Shown: positions 37,039 to 45,948 of the stretch, in pieces | Layout of the letters: every line of letters starts with the position of its first letter | Position numbering within the stretch: position 1 is the first letter of the stretch | Source of the DNA: Actinomycetota bacterium | GTDB lineage: Bacteria; Actinomycetota; UBA4738; HRBIN12 | Reading direction: 5' to 3' | DNA: 64,000 bases | Assembly (NCBI GenBank): GCA_041287635.1 | Contig: JBGGNG010000047.1 | Span: 4,501 to 68,500 of the forward strand | The notes under the pieces: model-generated | What the model was told of the DNA's origin: nothing | Seen by the model: the letters and a program-made list of their open reading frames with translations, nothing else | Database searches by the model: none | Position numbers and translations under genes: made by a program

Positions 37039-37775
37039 GCGCCGCGGAGGTCCTCGCGCATGTTCGTGCGCAGCAGGGCCTGCTTGAACTTGCGGGAGGT
37101 CACGGACAGGTCGGCCAAGGTCTCGGCAGCGAGCCGCCGGGCGTCGGGGTTCTTCTGCCGGAGCCGCGGCGCCACGAGATCCTCGAAGAACTTCGCCTCC
37201 CGGTCGGCGAAGTGCTTGTACATCGTCAGGTGGCGTGGCTCGATCCCGTATCGGAAGAAGTCCTTCACGATCGACAGCACGATGTAGTCATCGCCGTCGT
37301 AGTACCGGGCCCCGTCGGGGCCGTGAGAACACACGATGCCGAACGATTCGAGCTCCTTGATGCGCTCGCGCTCGACACCGGTCGCCGCCGACATCTCCTC
37401 GATAGACATCTGCAGGCCCGTCGGCGCCTCCGCGAGCCCCTCGTCCGCGTCGGCCTCGGCCTCGGCGTCGGCACCGCCCGTGGCGCCATCCTCCCCCTCT
37501 TCGGCCTCGCCCTCGACATCCTGCTTCAGCAGCCGCTCCTTGATCACCTTCAGCGGCAGGTACTCGTCGCGCTGCATGCGCAGGATCGACTTCAGTCGGT
37601 CGACGTCGTCAACGTAGAACTTGCGGTACCCAGACGGTGTGCGCTCGGGCTCGATCAATCCCTCGGCCTCGAGGAAGCGGATCTTCGAGATCGTGATGTC
37701 GGGGAACTCGGTCTTGACGGCGACGAGGACCTCCCCGATCGACTGATAGTTGCGGGTTCCCGCCATCTGCGTCAT
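37035..37775 (-). CDS. MerR family transcriptional regulator (Rv1828-like)
   Basis: ISKIRFLEAEGLIEPERTPSGYRKFYVDDVDRLKSILRMQ HTH, acidic linker, second C-terminal domain. ATG 37775 overlaps the FHA gene stop by 1 nt. Confidence 0.8.
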   Translation of the reverse strand: MTQMAGTRNYQSIGEVLVAVKTEFPDITISKIRFLEAEGLIEPERTPSGYRKFYVDDVDRLKSILRMQRDEYLPLKVIKERLLKQDVEGEAEEGEDGATGGADAEAEADADEGLAEAPTGLQMSIEEMSAATGVERERIKELESFGIVCSHGPDGARYYDGDDYIVLSIVKDFFRYGIEPRHLTMYKHFADREAKFFEDLVAPRLRQKNPDARRLAAETLADLSVTSRKFKQALLRTNMREDLRGA

Positions 37776-38236
37776 CACTCCCCTGCCGAGAAGAACACGA
37801 GCTTGAACCGACCGACCTGCACCTCGTCTCCCGCGGCGAGCTTGGTCTCGTCGACCTGCTCGCCGTTGACGTACGTGCCGTTGAGGCTCCCGACGTCGCG
37901 TACGAACCACTCGCCGCCCGCTCGCCGTTCGAACACAGCGTGGGCTCGGGACACCGTGACGTCGTCGAGGAAGACCGACGCGTCGGGCGCCCGCCCCACC
38001 GGGGTGAGCTCGCTCTCCATGAGGAACGTCGACCCCGCGTTGGGGCCACGCTTCACCAGAACGAGAGCCTGGCCGGGGCGGAGCTCATCGTGAGGGAAGG
38101 GAAACTCATCGTGCGCCTCATCGTCTGGTTCGACCGGTGTCAGCGAGACGGTGGGGTCGTCGTGCAGTGGAGCACCACACTCCGCGCAGAAGCGGGCGTC
38201 GTCGCGATTGGGATGTCCACAGCGGGTGCAGTACAA
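37775..38236 (-). CDS. GarA-like FHA domain protein with N-terminal zinc ribbon
   Basis: FHA core LVKRGPNAGSTFLM...VGRAPDASVFLDDVTVSRAHAVF...VRDVGSLNGTYVNGE...GDEVQVGRFKLVF. N-terminus YCTRCGHPNRDDARFCAECG. Apparent TTG start. Confidence 0.8.
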   Translation of the reverse strand: MYCTRCGHPNRDDARFCAECGAPLHDDPTVSLTPVEPDDEAHDEFPFPHDELRPGQALVLVKRGPNAGSTFLMESELTPVGRAPDASVFLDDVTVSRAHAVFERRAGGEWFVRDVGSLNGTYVNGEQVDETKLAAGDEVQVGRFKLVFFSAGE

Positions 38237-38445
38237 CGTCAGGTCCTCGTGCGGTTCGGCCTCCCGCCGAGGATGCAGGTCGAGCGTTCGACCCTCCCGA
38301 CGGACTAGAGACCGACGTTACCGCAGGGTGAGACCACCTTCAACCGCAGTGAAGCCCAACCCTCGACCCACAACCCGCATGAGGCTCGACCACGGGTCGA
38401 CCACCTGAAGTCTCGATGGGGCTCTCTCGACCGTATGGTCGGGCA

Positions 38446-38841
38446 TCAGGCATCTCCGCCCTCGGCGAAGGAACGGTAGGCCTCCGCGTCGAGCAGACGC
38501 TCGATCGCCCCGGGATCGTCGGGCGCGATCGTCACGAGCCACCCGTCGCCGTAGGGCTGCTCGTTCACGAGCTCCGGTCGATCCTCGATCAGAGGGTTGC
38601 GCTCGAGGATCGTGCCGGCGAGCGGCGCGTAGACGTCGGAGACCGACTTCGTGGACTCGACCTCACCGAAGGGCTGGTCGCCCTCGATCCGGGCCCCGAC
38701 CTCCGGCAGATCGACGTAGACCACATCGCCCAGTGCATCCTGCGCGAAGTCGGTGATACCGACCCTGACCCGCTCGCCTTCGACGCGGGCCCACTCATGT
38801 TCCTTCGTGTAGCGAAGGTCCCCCGGGAACTCCACGGTCAC
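38446..38841 (-). CDS. gcvH: Glycine cleavage system H protein
   Basis: YTKEHEWARVE and the lipoyl-lysine motif EVESTKSVSDVYAP. Confidence 0.93.
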   Translation of the reverse strand: MTVEFPGDLRYTKEHEWARVEGERVRVGITDFAQDALGDVVYVDLPEVGARIEGDQPFGEVESTKSVSDVYAPLAGTILERNPLIEDRPELVNEQPYGDGWLVTIAPDDPGAIERLLDAEAYRSFAEGGDA

Positions 38842-38927
38842 CCTCCTCGTCGTCGCTGGTCGGCGCCGGCTTCACACCGGCGATCGGAACGATAGTGCGC
38901 CGGCGCGGGATGCGCGCGCAGATCCGG

Positions 38928-39509
38928 TCATGCGGTGGAGAGCGCGCGTCGCAGGTCGATCGCGTACGCCCCGGCGGCGACGTAGTACTCGACGATGCCC
39001 AACACGTAGACGGGCCACCCGACGGCGAGTGCGGCCGCAGCGGGCCACAGGTCGAGCGTCCCCCACGACACGGCGGGGATCGCGATCATCAGCGCGAACG
39101 TCGCGACCTTCCCGATCCACCGGACATCGATGCGCTGTCCCTTCGCGGCGAGGACGGCGCCCGCGACCAGGACCGCCACGTCTCGCGCCAGGATCAACGC
39201 GCCCGCCCACAAGGGGAACGCCCCGCGCACGATCAGTGCGATCAGCCCGGCCGCGATCGCCGCACGGTCGGCCACCGGGTCGAGCACCTTCCCGAGCTCC
39301 GAGACCTGGCCCGTCCGGCGCGCGATCGTGCCGTCGACCCAATCGGTCGCCACCACGGCGCCGAAGAGCACGATCCCCCACGCTGTGGTGTCCGGATCGA
39401 CGATCAGCGCCCAGAACACCGGGATCAGGGCGATGCGGAACGCCGAGATCAGGTTCGGAACCGTGAGCACCCGCGACGGGGCGGGCGGGCGATCACCGGA
39501 TGCATCCAT
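38928..39509 (-). CDS. pgsA: CDP-alcohol phosphatidyltransferase (PgsA-type)
   Basis: DGTIARRTGQVSELGKVLDPVADR matches D(x)2DG(x)2AR...G(x)3D(x)3D. Multi-TM. Confidence 0.85.
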   Translation of the reverse strand: MDASGDRPPAPSRVLTVPNLISAFRIALIPVFWALIVDPDTTAWGIVLFGAVVATDWVDGTIARRTGQVSELGKVLDPVADRAAIAAGLIALIVRGAFPLWAGALILARDVAVLVAGAVLAAKGQRIDVRWIGKVATFALMIAIPAVSWGTLDLWPAAAALAVGWPVYVLGIVEYYVAAGAYAIDLRRALSTA

Positions 39510-39512
39510 CGG

Positions 39513-39586
39513 TCGGGACGGCGGGACTTGAACCCGCGACCCCCGGTCCCCCAGACCGGTGCGCTACCAGACTGCGCCACGTCCCG
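39513..39586 (-). tRNA. tRNA-Pro (anticodon GGG)
   Basis: Minus-strand CGGGACG-TG-GCGC-AGTCTGGTA-GCGC-A-CCGGT-CTGGGGG-ACCGG-GGGTC-GCGGG-TTCAAGT-CCCGC-CGTCCCG-A folds as a cloverleaf with G37. The 3' CCA is not fully encoded (ACCG). Confidence 0.9.
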
Positions 39587-39595
39587 TGCGTCGGG

Positions 39596-39601
39596 ATTGT
39601 A
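39596..39601 (-). promoter_or_regulatory. Candidate -10 hexamer TACAAT for tRNA-Pro
   Basis: Minus-strand TACAAT ends 9 nt upstream of the mature tRNA 5' end. No convincing -35. Confidence 0.3.
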
Positions 39602-39668
39602 TCGGCTGCCCGGCCGGGGCCACCTACTAGTATGGTTAAGACTAGAGCGAGGAAACGGCCTGATGGAC

Positions 39669-41012
39669 TCAGCGCGAACCACGGCGGCCGCCCTGTTTCC
39701 GTGGTCGGTACTTCACCCGCACAGGAACCCCCTCGAGATGGAACGCGCGCCGCAACCGGTTCTCGATGTACCGCCTGTACGCGGGATCGGGTTCGTTCGC
39801 GCCGCCGAAGACGACGAAGGACGGCGGCCCGGTGGCGACCTGGGTCGCGTAGTGCAGGGTGCCGGCGACTCGCGGGGTCGGCCGCTCGCGCTGAGCCTGC
39901 TGGATCACCTCGTTGACCTTGGAGGTCGCGACCCTCGAGGTCCATCTGGTGTGCAGGTCGAGGAGGACCGAGGGGAGACGGTGCACGCCACGTCCCGTTC
40001 GCGCCGAGGTTCGCATCACGGGCGCGGACGCGAACTGCCTGACCGTGTCGGTGAGGTCGGCGTAGGTGTCGTCCTTCTCCTCGACCAGGTCCCACTTGTT
40101 CGCCACCAGCATCAATGCACGCCCGGCATCGATCACGGCGTTCGCGATCTTCTTGTCCTCGACCGTGTAACCCTGCTCCGCGTCGATCACCAACAACGCG
40201 ACGTGCGCCCGCTCGATGGCCTGCGACGCGCGCACGACGCTGAAGTACTCGACGCCACGAACCCTCGTCGATCGGCGCATGCCCGCGGTGTCGACGAATC
40301 GCACCCGGCCGTCGGGCCACTCGACCACCGCATCGACGGCGTCGCGGGTGGTGCCCGCCTCCTCGAAGACGACCGAGCGCTCCTCCCCCACCAAGCGGTT
40401 GAACAGGCTGGACTTGCCGACGTTCGGACGCCCGACGAGGGCGAACCGCGGCTCCTCCGCTGAGGTCTCGAGCTCGCGCGGTGCGTCGGGCAGCAGCTGC
40501 ACGATGCGGTCGAGCAGGTCGCCTGCCGCACGACCGTGCATCCCCGAGACCGGGAAGGGGTCGCCGAGCCCGAGGGCGTGGAAGACCGATGCATCGGATT
40601 CCTCGCGATCGGTGTCGACCTTGTTCGCCACGACGAGGACAGGGACCGTGGCCCGCCGCAAGCGTCTCGCGAGCATGCCGTCCTCCTCGGTGATGCCCGC
40701 CTGGGCGTCGACCACGAGCAGGATCAGATCGGCGGCCGCGATCGCCCGATCGGCCTGAGCGCCTGCGAGCGCCTCGAGACCACCCGCGTCGTGCAGGAAC
40801 CCCGCCGTGTCGACGAGCGAGAAGCGCCGGCCACGCCAGGCCGTCTCCAGGACCACGCGGTCACGGGTCACGCCGGGCATGTCGTGCGCGATCGTTTCCC
40901 GGCCGCCGAAGAGTCGGTTCACCAGGGTGGACTTCCCGACGTTCTGCCGACCGACCACGGCGATGGTGGGCACGGGTGATCCCATCGAAGGCACGGGCTC
41001 GTGGTCGGTCAC
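39669..41012 (-). CDS. der: Ribosome-biogenesis GTPase Der (EngA), two GTPase domains + KH
   Basis: Two G1 motifs (GRQNVGKST, GRPNVGKSS), DTAG twice, NKVD/NKWD. GTG 41012 overlaps the cmk stop (GTGA). ATG 40985 is an alternative start. Confidence 0.9.
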   Translation of the reverse strand: MTDHEPVPSMGSPVPTIAVVGRQNVGKSTLVNRLFGGRETIAHDMPGVTRDRVVLETAWRGRRFSLVDTAGFLHDAGGLEALAGAQADRAIAAADLILLVVDAQAGITEEDGMLARRLRRATVPVLVVANKVDTDREESDASVFHALGLGDPFPVSGMHGRAAGDLLDRIVQLLPDAPRELETSAEEPRFALVGRPNVGKSSLFNRLVGEERSVVFEEAGTTRDAVDAVVEWPDGRVRFVDTAGMRRSTRVRGVEYFSVVRASQAIERAHVALLVIDAEQGYTVEDKKIANAVIDAGRALMLVANKWDLVEEKDDTYADLTDTVRQFASAPVMRTSARTGRGVHRLPSVLLDLHTRWTSRVATSKVNEVIQQAQRERPTPRVAGTLHYATQVATGPPSFVVFGGANEPDPAYRRYIENRLRRAFHLEGVPVRVKYRPRKQGGRRGSR

Positions 41013-41668
41013 GGCACCAGCTCCGGGGCCTGCTGCCGCACGACGGCGAGGGCGGCCGCGAGCGTCGCCTCCGGGTCGAGCTCGCTCGTGTCGATCACCG
41101 TCGCGCCCGGCGCCGGCTTGTGGGGTGTGGTGGCGGCGTCGCGACGATCCCGCTCGCCGAGCGCCGTCGCGACACGCTCGACGTCGCCGGCCCGTTCCGC
41201 CGCCCGTCGCTCGGCGCGCAGGTCCTGCCGCGCCTGCAGGTAGAGCTTCACCGGAGCGTCGGTGAAGACCACCGAGGCGATGTCTCGACCCTCCATCACG
41301 GCCCCGTGCCGTTCCCCCAGCTCTCGCTGCTCCTGGCGCATGTGGGCGCGGACCAGCGCGTGACTCGCAACCTTCGACACCGTGGACTCGACCTCGATGC
41401 TCGTCAGGTCGTTGGCATCGTAACCATCGACCTCGAGCTCCCCAGGGGGATCGAGGCGCACGGTGAACCTCAAGTCCCGTGTGAGCGCGAGCAACGCTCG
41501 ATCGTCGGTGTCGGCGACGCCCCTCCGGAGGGCCGCCGCGGCCAGAGCCCGATACATCACCCCCGTGTTCACGTACGGCAGCCCGAGCGACCTCGCGAGG
41601 GCCCTCGCGAGCGTGCTCTTGCCGCTGCCGGCGGCGCCGTCGATCGCGACGACCCGGGGCGGCGTCAT
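41009..41668 (-). CDS. cmk: Cytidylate kinase
   Basis: VVAIDGAAGSGKSTLARALA...YVNTGVMYR, MEGRDIASVV. Confidence 0.9.
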   Translation of the reverse strand: MTPPRVVAIDGAAGSGKSTLARALARSLGLPYVNTGVMYRALAAAALRRGVADTDDRALLALTRDLRFTVRLDPPGELEVDGYDANDLTSIEVESTVSKVASHALVRAHMRQEQRELGERHGAVMEGRDIASVVFTDAPVKLYLQARQDLRAERRAAERAGDVERVATALGERDRRDAATTPHKPAPGATVIDTSELDPEATLAAALAVVRQQAPELVP

Positions 41669-43050
41669 GGGCCACCCACCGGCTCGATCGACGCGCCGAG
41701 ACCAGCGAGCGTTCGCGTGAACCCCGGGAAGGACACCTCCGCGCTCTCCATCCCCTCGACCTCGACGGAGCCCCGAGCCCTCAGCGCGGACACCGCGAAC
41801 GCCATCGCCATGCGATGATCGCCATGAGCCCGTGCGCGACCGCCCGCCAGCCCCCCTCCCGCCACGATGAGGTCCTCGCCCTCGGACGCCGCGAGGCCAC
41901 CGAGGTCGCGTATCCCACGGGCGATGCCCTCGAGACGATCGGACTCCTTCACCTTGAGCTCACCGGCGCCGAGGAAGCGCGACTCCGACCCAGCATGCGA
42001 TGCGAGCAGCGCCAGCACGGGCACCTCGTCGATCACGAGGGGGAGCTCGTCGGCCTCGACCCTCACGGGACGGATGCCGGTGCCCACCAACACCTCGATG
42101 TCGCCGACGGGTTCACGCAGCTCCTCCCGTCGGATGGTCACGTCCGTACGCACCCCCATGCGGGCCATCACATCGAGGAACCGGGTCCGTGTGGGGTTCA
42201 GTCCGACGTCGACGATCGTGAGCGCCGATCCCGTCGCGGCAGCGGCGGCGACGAGGAAGGCTGCCGACGACGGGTCGCCCGGCACCCTCGCCGAGAACCC
42301 CTCATGTTGGAACCGTCGGACGGCGACACCCTTACCGGTCTCGATCGGGGCCCCGAGCGCGAGCAGAGCTCGTTCCGTGTGATCACGGGTCTGTGCAGGC
42401 TCGTGCACGACCGTTCGCCCGTCGGCGTCGAGGCCGGCCAGCAACACGGCGCTCTTGACCTGGGCGCTGGGATGCGGCATCGCGAGCTCGATCCCCTGCA
42501 ACGACCCGCCGAGCACCTCGACCGGCGCATGCCCGCTCGTGGTTTCGATCTCGGCACCCATCGCCCGCAGCGGCACCGCAACCCGCTCCATCGGACGGCC
42601 GCTCAGGCTTGGATCGCCCAGGAGCTCGCAACGGAACCGCCCCGACGCCACGAGGCCCATCAACAGCCGCATGGCCGTCCCGGAGTTGCCGCAATCCAGC
42701 GCGGTCGCCGGCTCGACCAGTCCGGCGCGCCCCTCACCCTCGACCTCAAGTGGCGCCGATCGACCCGACACGGCCTCACTCTCGACCCTCACGTTCCACG
42801 TGGAACCGTGACCCTCGGCGGAGCCCGGATCGTTCGTGGCCCACGCGTGGAGTGAAGGTCGAGCCTTGCCCGTGATCAGGGCTAGGCACGAAGCGGTCGA
42901 GCGAACGTCGAGTGAAGTGGGAACCTCAAGCAGACTGCTAGGTCCGCGCCCGGTCGCTGCCAGGATCAGCCATCGGTGCGCGATCGACTTGTCGCCGGGA
43001 ACTTGCGTGATCCCCCGGAGGGAGGCACCCGGCTCGACCCGAACCCGCAT
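41665..43050 (-). CDS. aroA: 3-phosphoshikimate 1-carboxyvinyltransferase (EPSP synthase)
   Basis: PGDKSIAHRWLILAA, LDCGNSGTAMRLL, KESDRL, DHRMAMAFAV. ATG 43050 chosen; the longer ORF overlaps tyrA. Confidence 0.9.
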   Translation of the reverse strand: MRVRVEPGASLRGITQVPGDKSIAHRWLILAATGRGPSSLLEVPTSLDVRSTASCLALITGKARPSLHAWATNDPGSAEGHGSTWNVRVESEAVSGRSAPLEVEGEGRAGLVEPATALDCGNSGTAMRLLMGLVASGRFRCELLGDPSLSGRPMERVAVPLRAMGAEIETTSGHAPVEVLGGSLQGIELAMPHPSAQVKSAVLLAGLDADGRTVVHEPAQTRDHTERALLALGAPIETGKGVAVRRFQHEGFSARVPGDPSSAAFLVAAAAATGSALTIVDVGLNPTRTRFLDVMARMGVRTDVTIRREELREPVGDIEVLVGTGIRPVRVEADELPLVIDEVPVLALLASHAGSESRFLGAGELKVKESDRLEGIARGIRDLGGLAASEGEDLIVAGGGLAGGRARAHGDHRMAMAFAVSALRARGSVEVEGMESAEVSFPGFTRTLAGLGASIEPVGGP

Positions 43051-43060
43051 CGACGGATCC

Positions 43061-44158
43061 TCAGGCGAGCCTGATCGGGTCGAGGCCGACGTTGTCGAGC
43101 ACATGACTCGCGCGATCGACCGCGTCGGCCGCCACCGTGAGGTGCACCGTGCCCCGGCCACCCTCGGGCGAGTGCACGATCTGGAGATCCTCGATGTTCA
43201 CCTCGCCACCGCCCAACACGGCGGTCAGGTCGGCGAGCGCGCCCGGCCGATCCGGCACCTCGATCTGCAGCACGGCGACCCCCGCCCGCACGGTGGGCTT
43301 CGTGGCGAGCCGCAGTCGCGCGCGCTTGGCCTCGCCGAACGTCTCCTCGACGTCACCGCCGCGGCCCCCCACGATCTCGTCGCGTAGGCGCACGAGACGC
43401 TCGATGTACAGATCGATCGCTTCCCCGATCGCGCCCTGGTTCGCGAGCAGGATGTCGCTCCACAGGGCCGGATTCGATGCCGCGAGGCGGGTCAGGTCGC
43501 GGAACCCACCGGCCGCGAGCAGCAGGATCTCCGGTTCCCCCGCTTCCTCGGTCGCCGCCAGGCTCATCAGTGCGGTCGACGCGACCTGTGGCAGGTGGCT
43601 CACGAAGGCCACCAGGCGATCGTGTCGCTCGGGGTCGAGGCGGACCGGCCTGGCTCCCAACGAGGCGGTCCACGCCTCCAGCGCGTCGACCGCTTCGGGG
43701 TCGCTCGCCTCGTGGGGGGTGATCGCCCAGACGATGGCGTCCAAGACCGAGGCCGAGGCGTGTTCGGGTCCCGAGCGTTCGCTCCCCCCCATCGGATGCC
43801 CCGGGACGAAGCGACGAAGGGAGTCCTCGGGCGCCTCGGCGACGACATCGCGCACGAGCGCCGTCTTCACGCTGCCGACGTCGGTCACGATCGCGTCGGG
43901 GGCTGCCTCGAGGCACGCTGCGACGAGGGAGGCGACTGTGGGGATCGGGGTCGCGACGACGACGATCCAGGCCTCGGCGACCGCATCCTCGACCGACCCG
44001 GCGGCCCGGAACTTCGCGAGCGCGGCGGCCCGTGCGGTCACGGACGCGTCGGCGTCCCACCCGGTGACCACCGCACCGGCGCGAGCGGCGGCGAGGGCGA
44101 CCGACGTGCCGATCAGCCCCGTGCCGACGACGGCGACCCGATCACCCGAGGTCATCAC
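43061..44158 (-). CDS. tyrA: Prephenate dehydrogenase with C-terminal ACT domain
   Basis: Rossmann VAVVGTGLIGTS, GHPMGGSE, and a C-terminal ACT-like VLQIEVPDRPGALADL. Confidence 0.85.
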   Translation of the reverse strand: MMTSGDRVAVVGTGLIGTSVALAAARAGAVVTGWDADASVTARAAALAKFRAAGSVEDAVAEAWIVVVATPIPTVASLVAACLEAAPDAIVTDVGSVKTALVRDVVAEAPEDSLRRFVPGHPMGGSERSGPEHASASVLDAIVWAITPHEASDPEAVDALEAWTASLGARPVRLDPERHDRLVAFVSHLPQVASTALMSLAATEEAGEPEILLLAAGGFRDLTRLAASNPALWSDILLANQGAIGEAIDLYIERLVRLRDEIVGGRGGDVEETFGEAKRARLRLATKPTVRAGVAVLQIEVPDRPGALADLTAVLGGGEVNIEDLQIVHSPEGGRGTVHLTVAADAVDRASHVLDNVGLDPIRLA

Positions 44159-44501
44159 GCAGCGACTCGGCCCCGTCGAGGTAGACCGGACGCACCTCGG
44201 CCGGCGACCGCTCCGTGTGCAGGTGCATCAGCACGCGCACCACGAGCGGCATCGATCCGACCACGGGGATCTCGCGCGCGCACATCAACGGAACCGCCCC
44301 CAGCCCCATACGGCGCACGGCCTCGGCCGGGAAAACCGAGGCGATGTCGTCGGTCACCGTGAACAGCATGCTGATCAGGTCGTCACCTGCCGCCGTGTTG
44401 GCTTCCAGCAGCGCCCGCACGAGGCGCTCGGTGGCATCCAGCACGCATGACGGCGAATCCTCGGTCACCTTGATGGCCCCGCGGACCGCACGCACCGTCA
44501 T
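44142..44501 (-). CDS. aroH: AroH-class chorismate mutase
   Basis: VRAVRGAIKV...MLFTVTDDIASVFPAEAVR...CAREIPVVGSMPLVVRVLMHL aligns by eye with B. subtilis AroH. Confidence 0.8.
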   Translation of the reverse strand: MTVRAVRGAIKVTEDSPSCVLDATERLVRALLEANTAAGDDLISMLFTVTDDIASVFPAEAVRRMGLGAVPLMCAREIPVVGSMPLVVRVLMHLHTERSPAEVRPVYLDGAESLRDDLG

Positions 44502-44549
44502 CGTGTGTCGCCTCTCGCCCGAGCCCGCCGGTCGGCGGACGTCCACAGG

Positions 44550-45272
44550 CTACCGCCCGGCGACGGCGGCGAGCGCCTGGACCTCGCCACGGTCGAGCGG
44601 TCGCAACGCACCCGGCTCGAGGCCGTCGAGCCGTATCGGACCGACGCGCAGGCGCACGAGCCGCGTGACCGGGAGCCCGACGGCAGCGAGCAGACGACGC
44701 ACCTCGCGCTTGCGTCCCTCGGTCATCACGAGCCGGACCGCGCCGCGACCCTTCGAGGTCGCGACGATGCGGGCGCGCACGGCGCGGGCGAGCCCGTCGT
44801 CGAGCTCGACGCCCGATCGCACGCGGGCGAGCTGCTTGGCGGTCGGCGCTCCCTCGACCTCGGCCAGGTACTCCTTCTCCACGCCGTGGCTCGGATGCAT
44901 CAGCCGGTTCGCGAGATCGCCGTCGTTCGTGAGCAGCAGCAGGCCCTCGGAGTCGCGGTCGAGGCGACCGACCGGGAACACCCTCGGACCTTCGGAGGGC
45001 AGGTAGGCCCGGATGTCGGGGCGCCCCTGCGGATCGCGCATCGTGGTCACGACCCCCGGAGGCTTGTGCAGGGCGAAGTAGCGAACGTTGGGGTCGAGGT
45101 TGACCTCGACGTCGTCGACCCGCACCCCCGCGGAGTCCGGCTCGACCTTGTCGCCCAGGGTGGCGACCAGACCGTCGACCGTCACCCTCCCCTCGATGAT
45201 CAGCTGCTCACACGCTCGGCGCGACCCGAACCCGGCACGCGCCAGCGCTCGCTGCAGTCGTTCCTCGGCCAT
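44550..45272 (-). CDS. rluB: rRNA pseudouridine synthase (RsuA/RluB family)
   Basis: S4 domain (RLQRALARAGFGSRRACEQLI) and catalytic PVGRLDRDSEGLLLLTNDG. Confidence 0.85.
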   Translation of the reverse strand: MAEERLQRALARAGFGSRRACEQLIIEGRVTVDGLVATLGDKVEPDSAGVRVDDVEVNLDPNVRYFALHKPPGVVTTMRDPQGRPDIRAYLPSEGPRVFPVGRLDRDSEGLLLLTNDGDLANRLMHPSHGVEKEYLAEVEGAPTAKQLARVRSGVELDDGLARAVRARIVATSKGRGAVRLVMTEGRKREVRRLLAAVGLPVTRLVRLRVGPIRLDGLEPGALRPLDRGEVQALAAVAGR

Positions 45273-45275
45273 CGC

Positions 45276-45935
45276 TCAGCCAGCAGGGAGTGGGCCAGGG
45301 GCCGCGTCGGAGCCCGCGCCGCCCTCGCTCGCCTCGTCGTCGGGCTCGGGCTCATCGGTCACCGCATCGGCGAGGGTGTCCTCCTCGGAGGAAGGGTCGA
45401 GCAGGGGCGCGAGCGAGGGAAGCGACGCGAGCGAGGGAAGGCCGAGGCGCTCCAGGAACCCCGGCGTCGTCGCGTAGAGCAGCGGTCGCCCCGGGGCCTC
45501 GTCACGCCCGGCTTCTTCGATCAGGCCGCGGTCGGCGAGCGCCCGCAGCACGCCGTCGGAGTTCACCCCCCTGATGCCGCTCACCTGGTGACGGGTGACC
45601 GGCTGCTTGTACGCCACGATCGCCAGGGTCTCGAGCGCGGCCTTCGTGAGTCGTGCCTGGCGTGAGGAGAGCACGAACTGCTCGACCACCGGGGCCGAGT
45701 CGGGGTGCGTGTACAACCGCCACCCGCCGGCGACGTGACGCAGCACGAGGCCGGATCCTCGCTCCTCGAGGTCGCGCTGGAGCCGGTCGCACAGCGCCTC
45801 GGCCTCCCGGCGATCGACCTCGAGCGCCTGGGCGAGCACCGAGACCGTGAGCGGTTCGTCGGACACGAAGAACAGGGCCTCGAGGGCGCGGGTCTCATGA
45901 CCCCGTGTCTCCTCTGCAGCGTCGCGATCGCTCAT
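45276..45935 (-). CDS. scpB: Segregation and condensation protein B
   Basis: [13 protein letters not shown]...[38 protein letters not shown]. Follows scpA. Confidence 0.85.
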   Translation of the reverse strand: [219 protein letters not shown]

Positions 45936-45948
45936 CGAACCCTCGACC

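Noticed and set aside
38842-38927. Glycine riboswitch upstream of gcvH. Also checked upstream of gcvPA at 33031-33058.
   Set aside because: The spacers are only 86 nt and 28 nt. I could not find the conserved GGAGAG...CACCG...CUCUGGAGAG-type cores, only small GC hairpins (GCGCCGGCGC, CGCCGG-N6-CCGGCG).
39669-41675. Single 668-aa ORF spanning der and cmk
   Set aside because: The N-terminal third is Arg/Gly-rich shadow sequence overlapping the true cmk frame (41009-41668). Der begins at GTG 41012 or ATG 40985.
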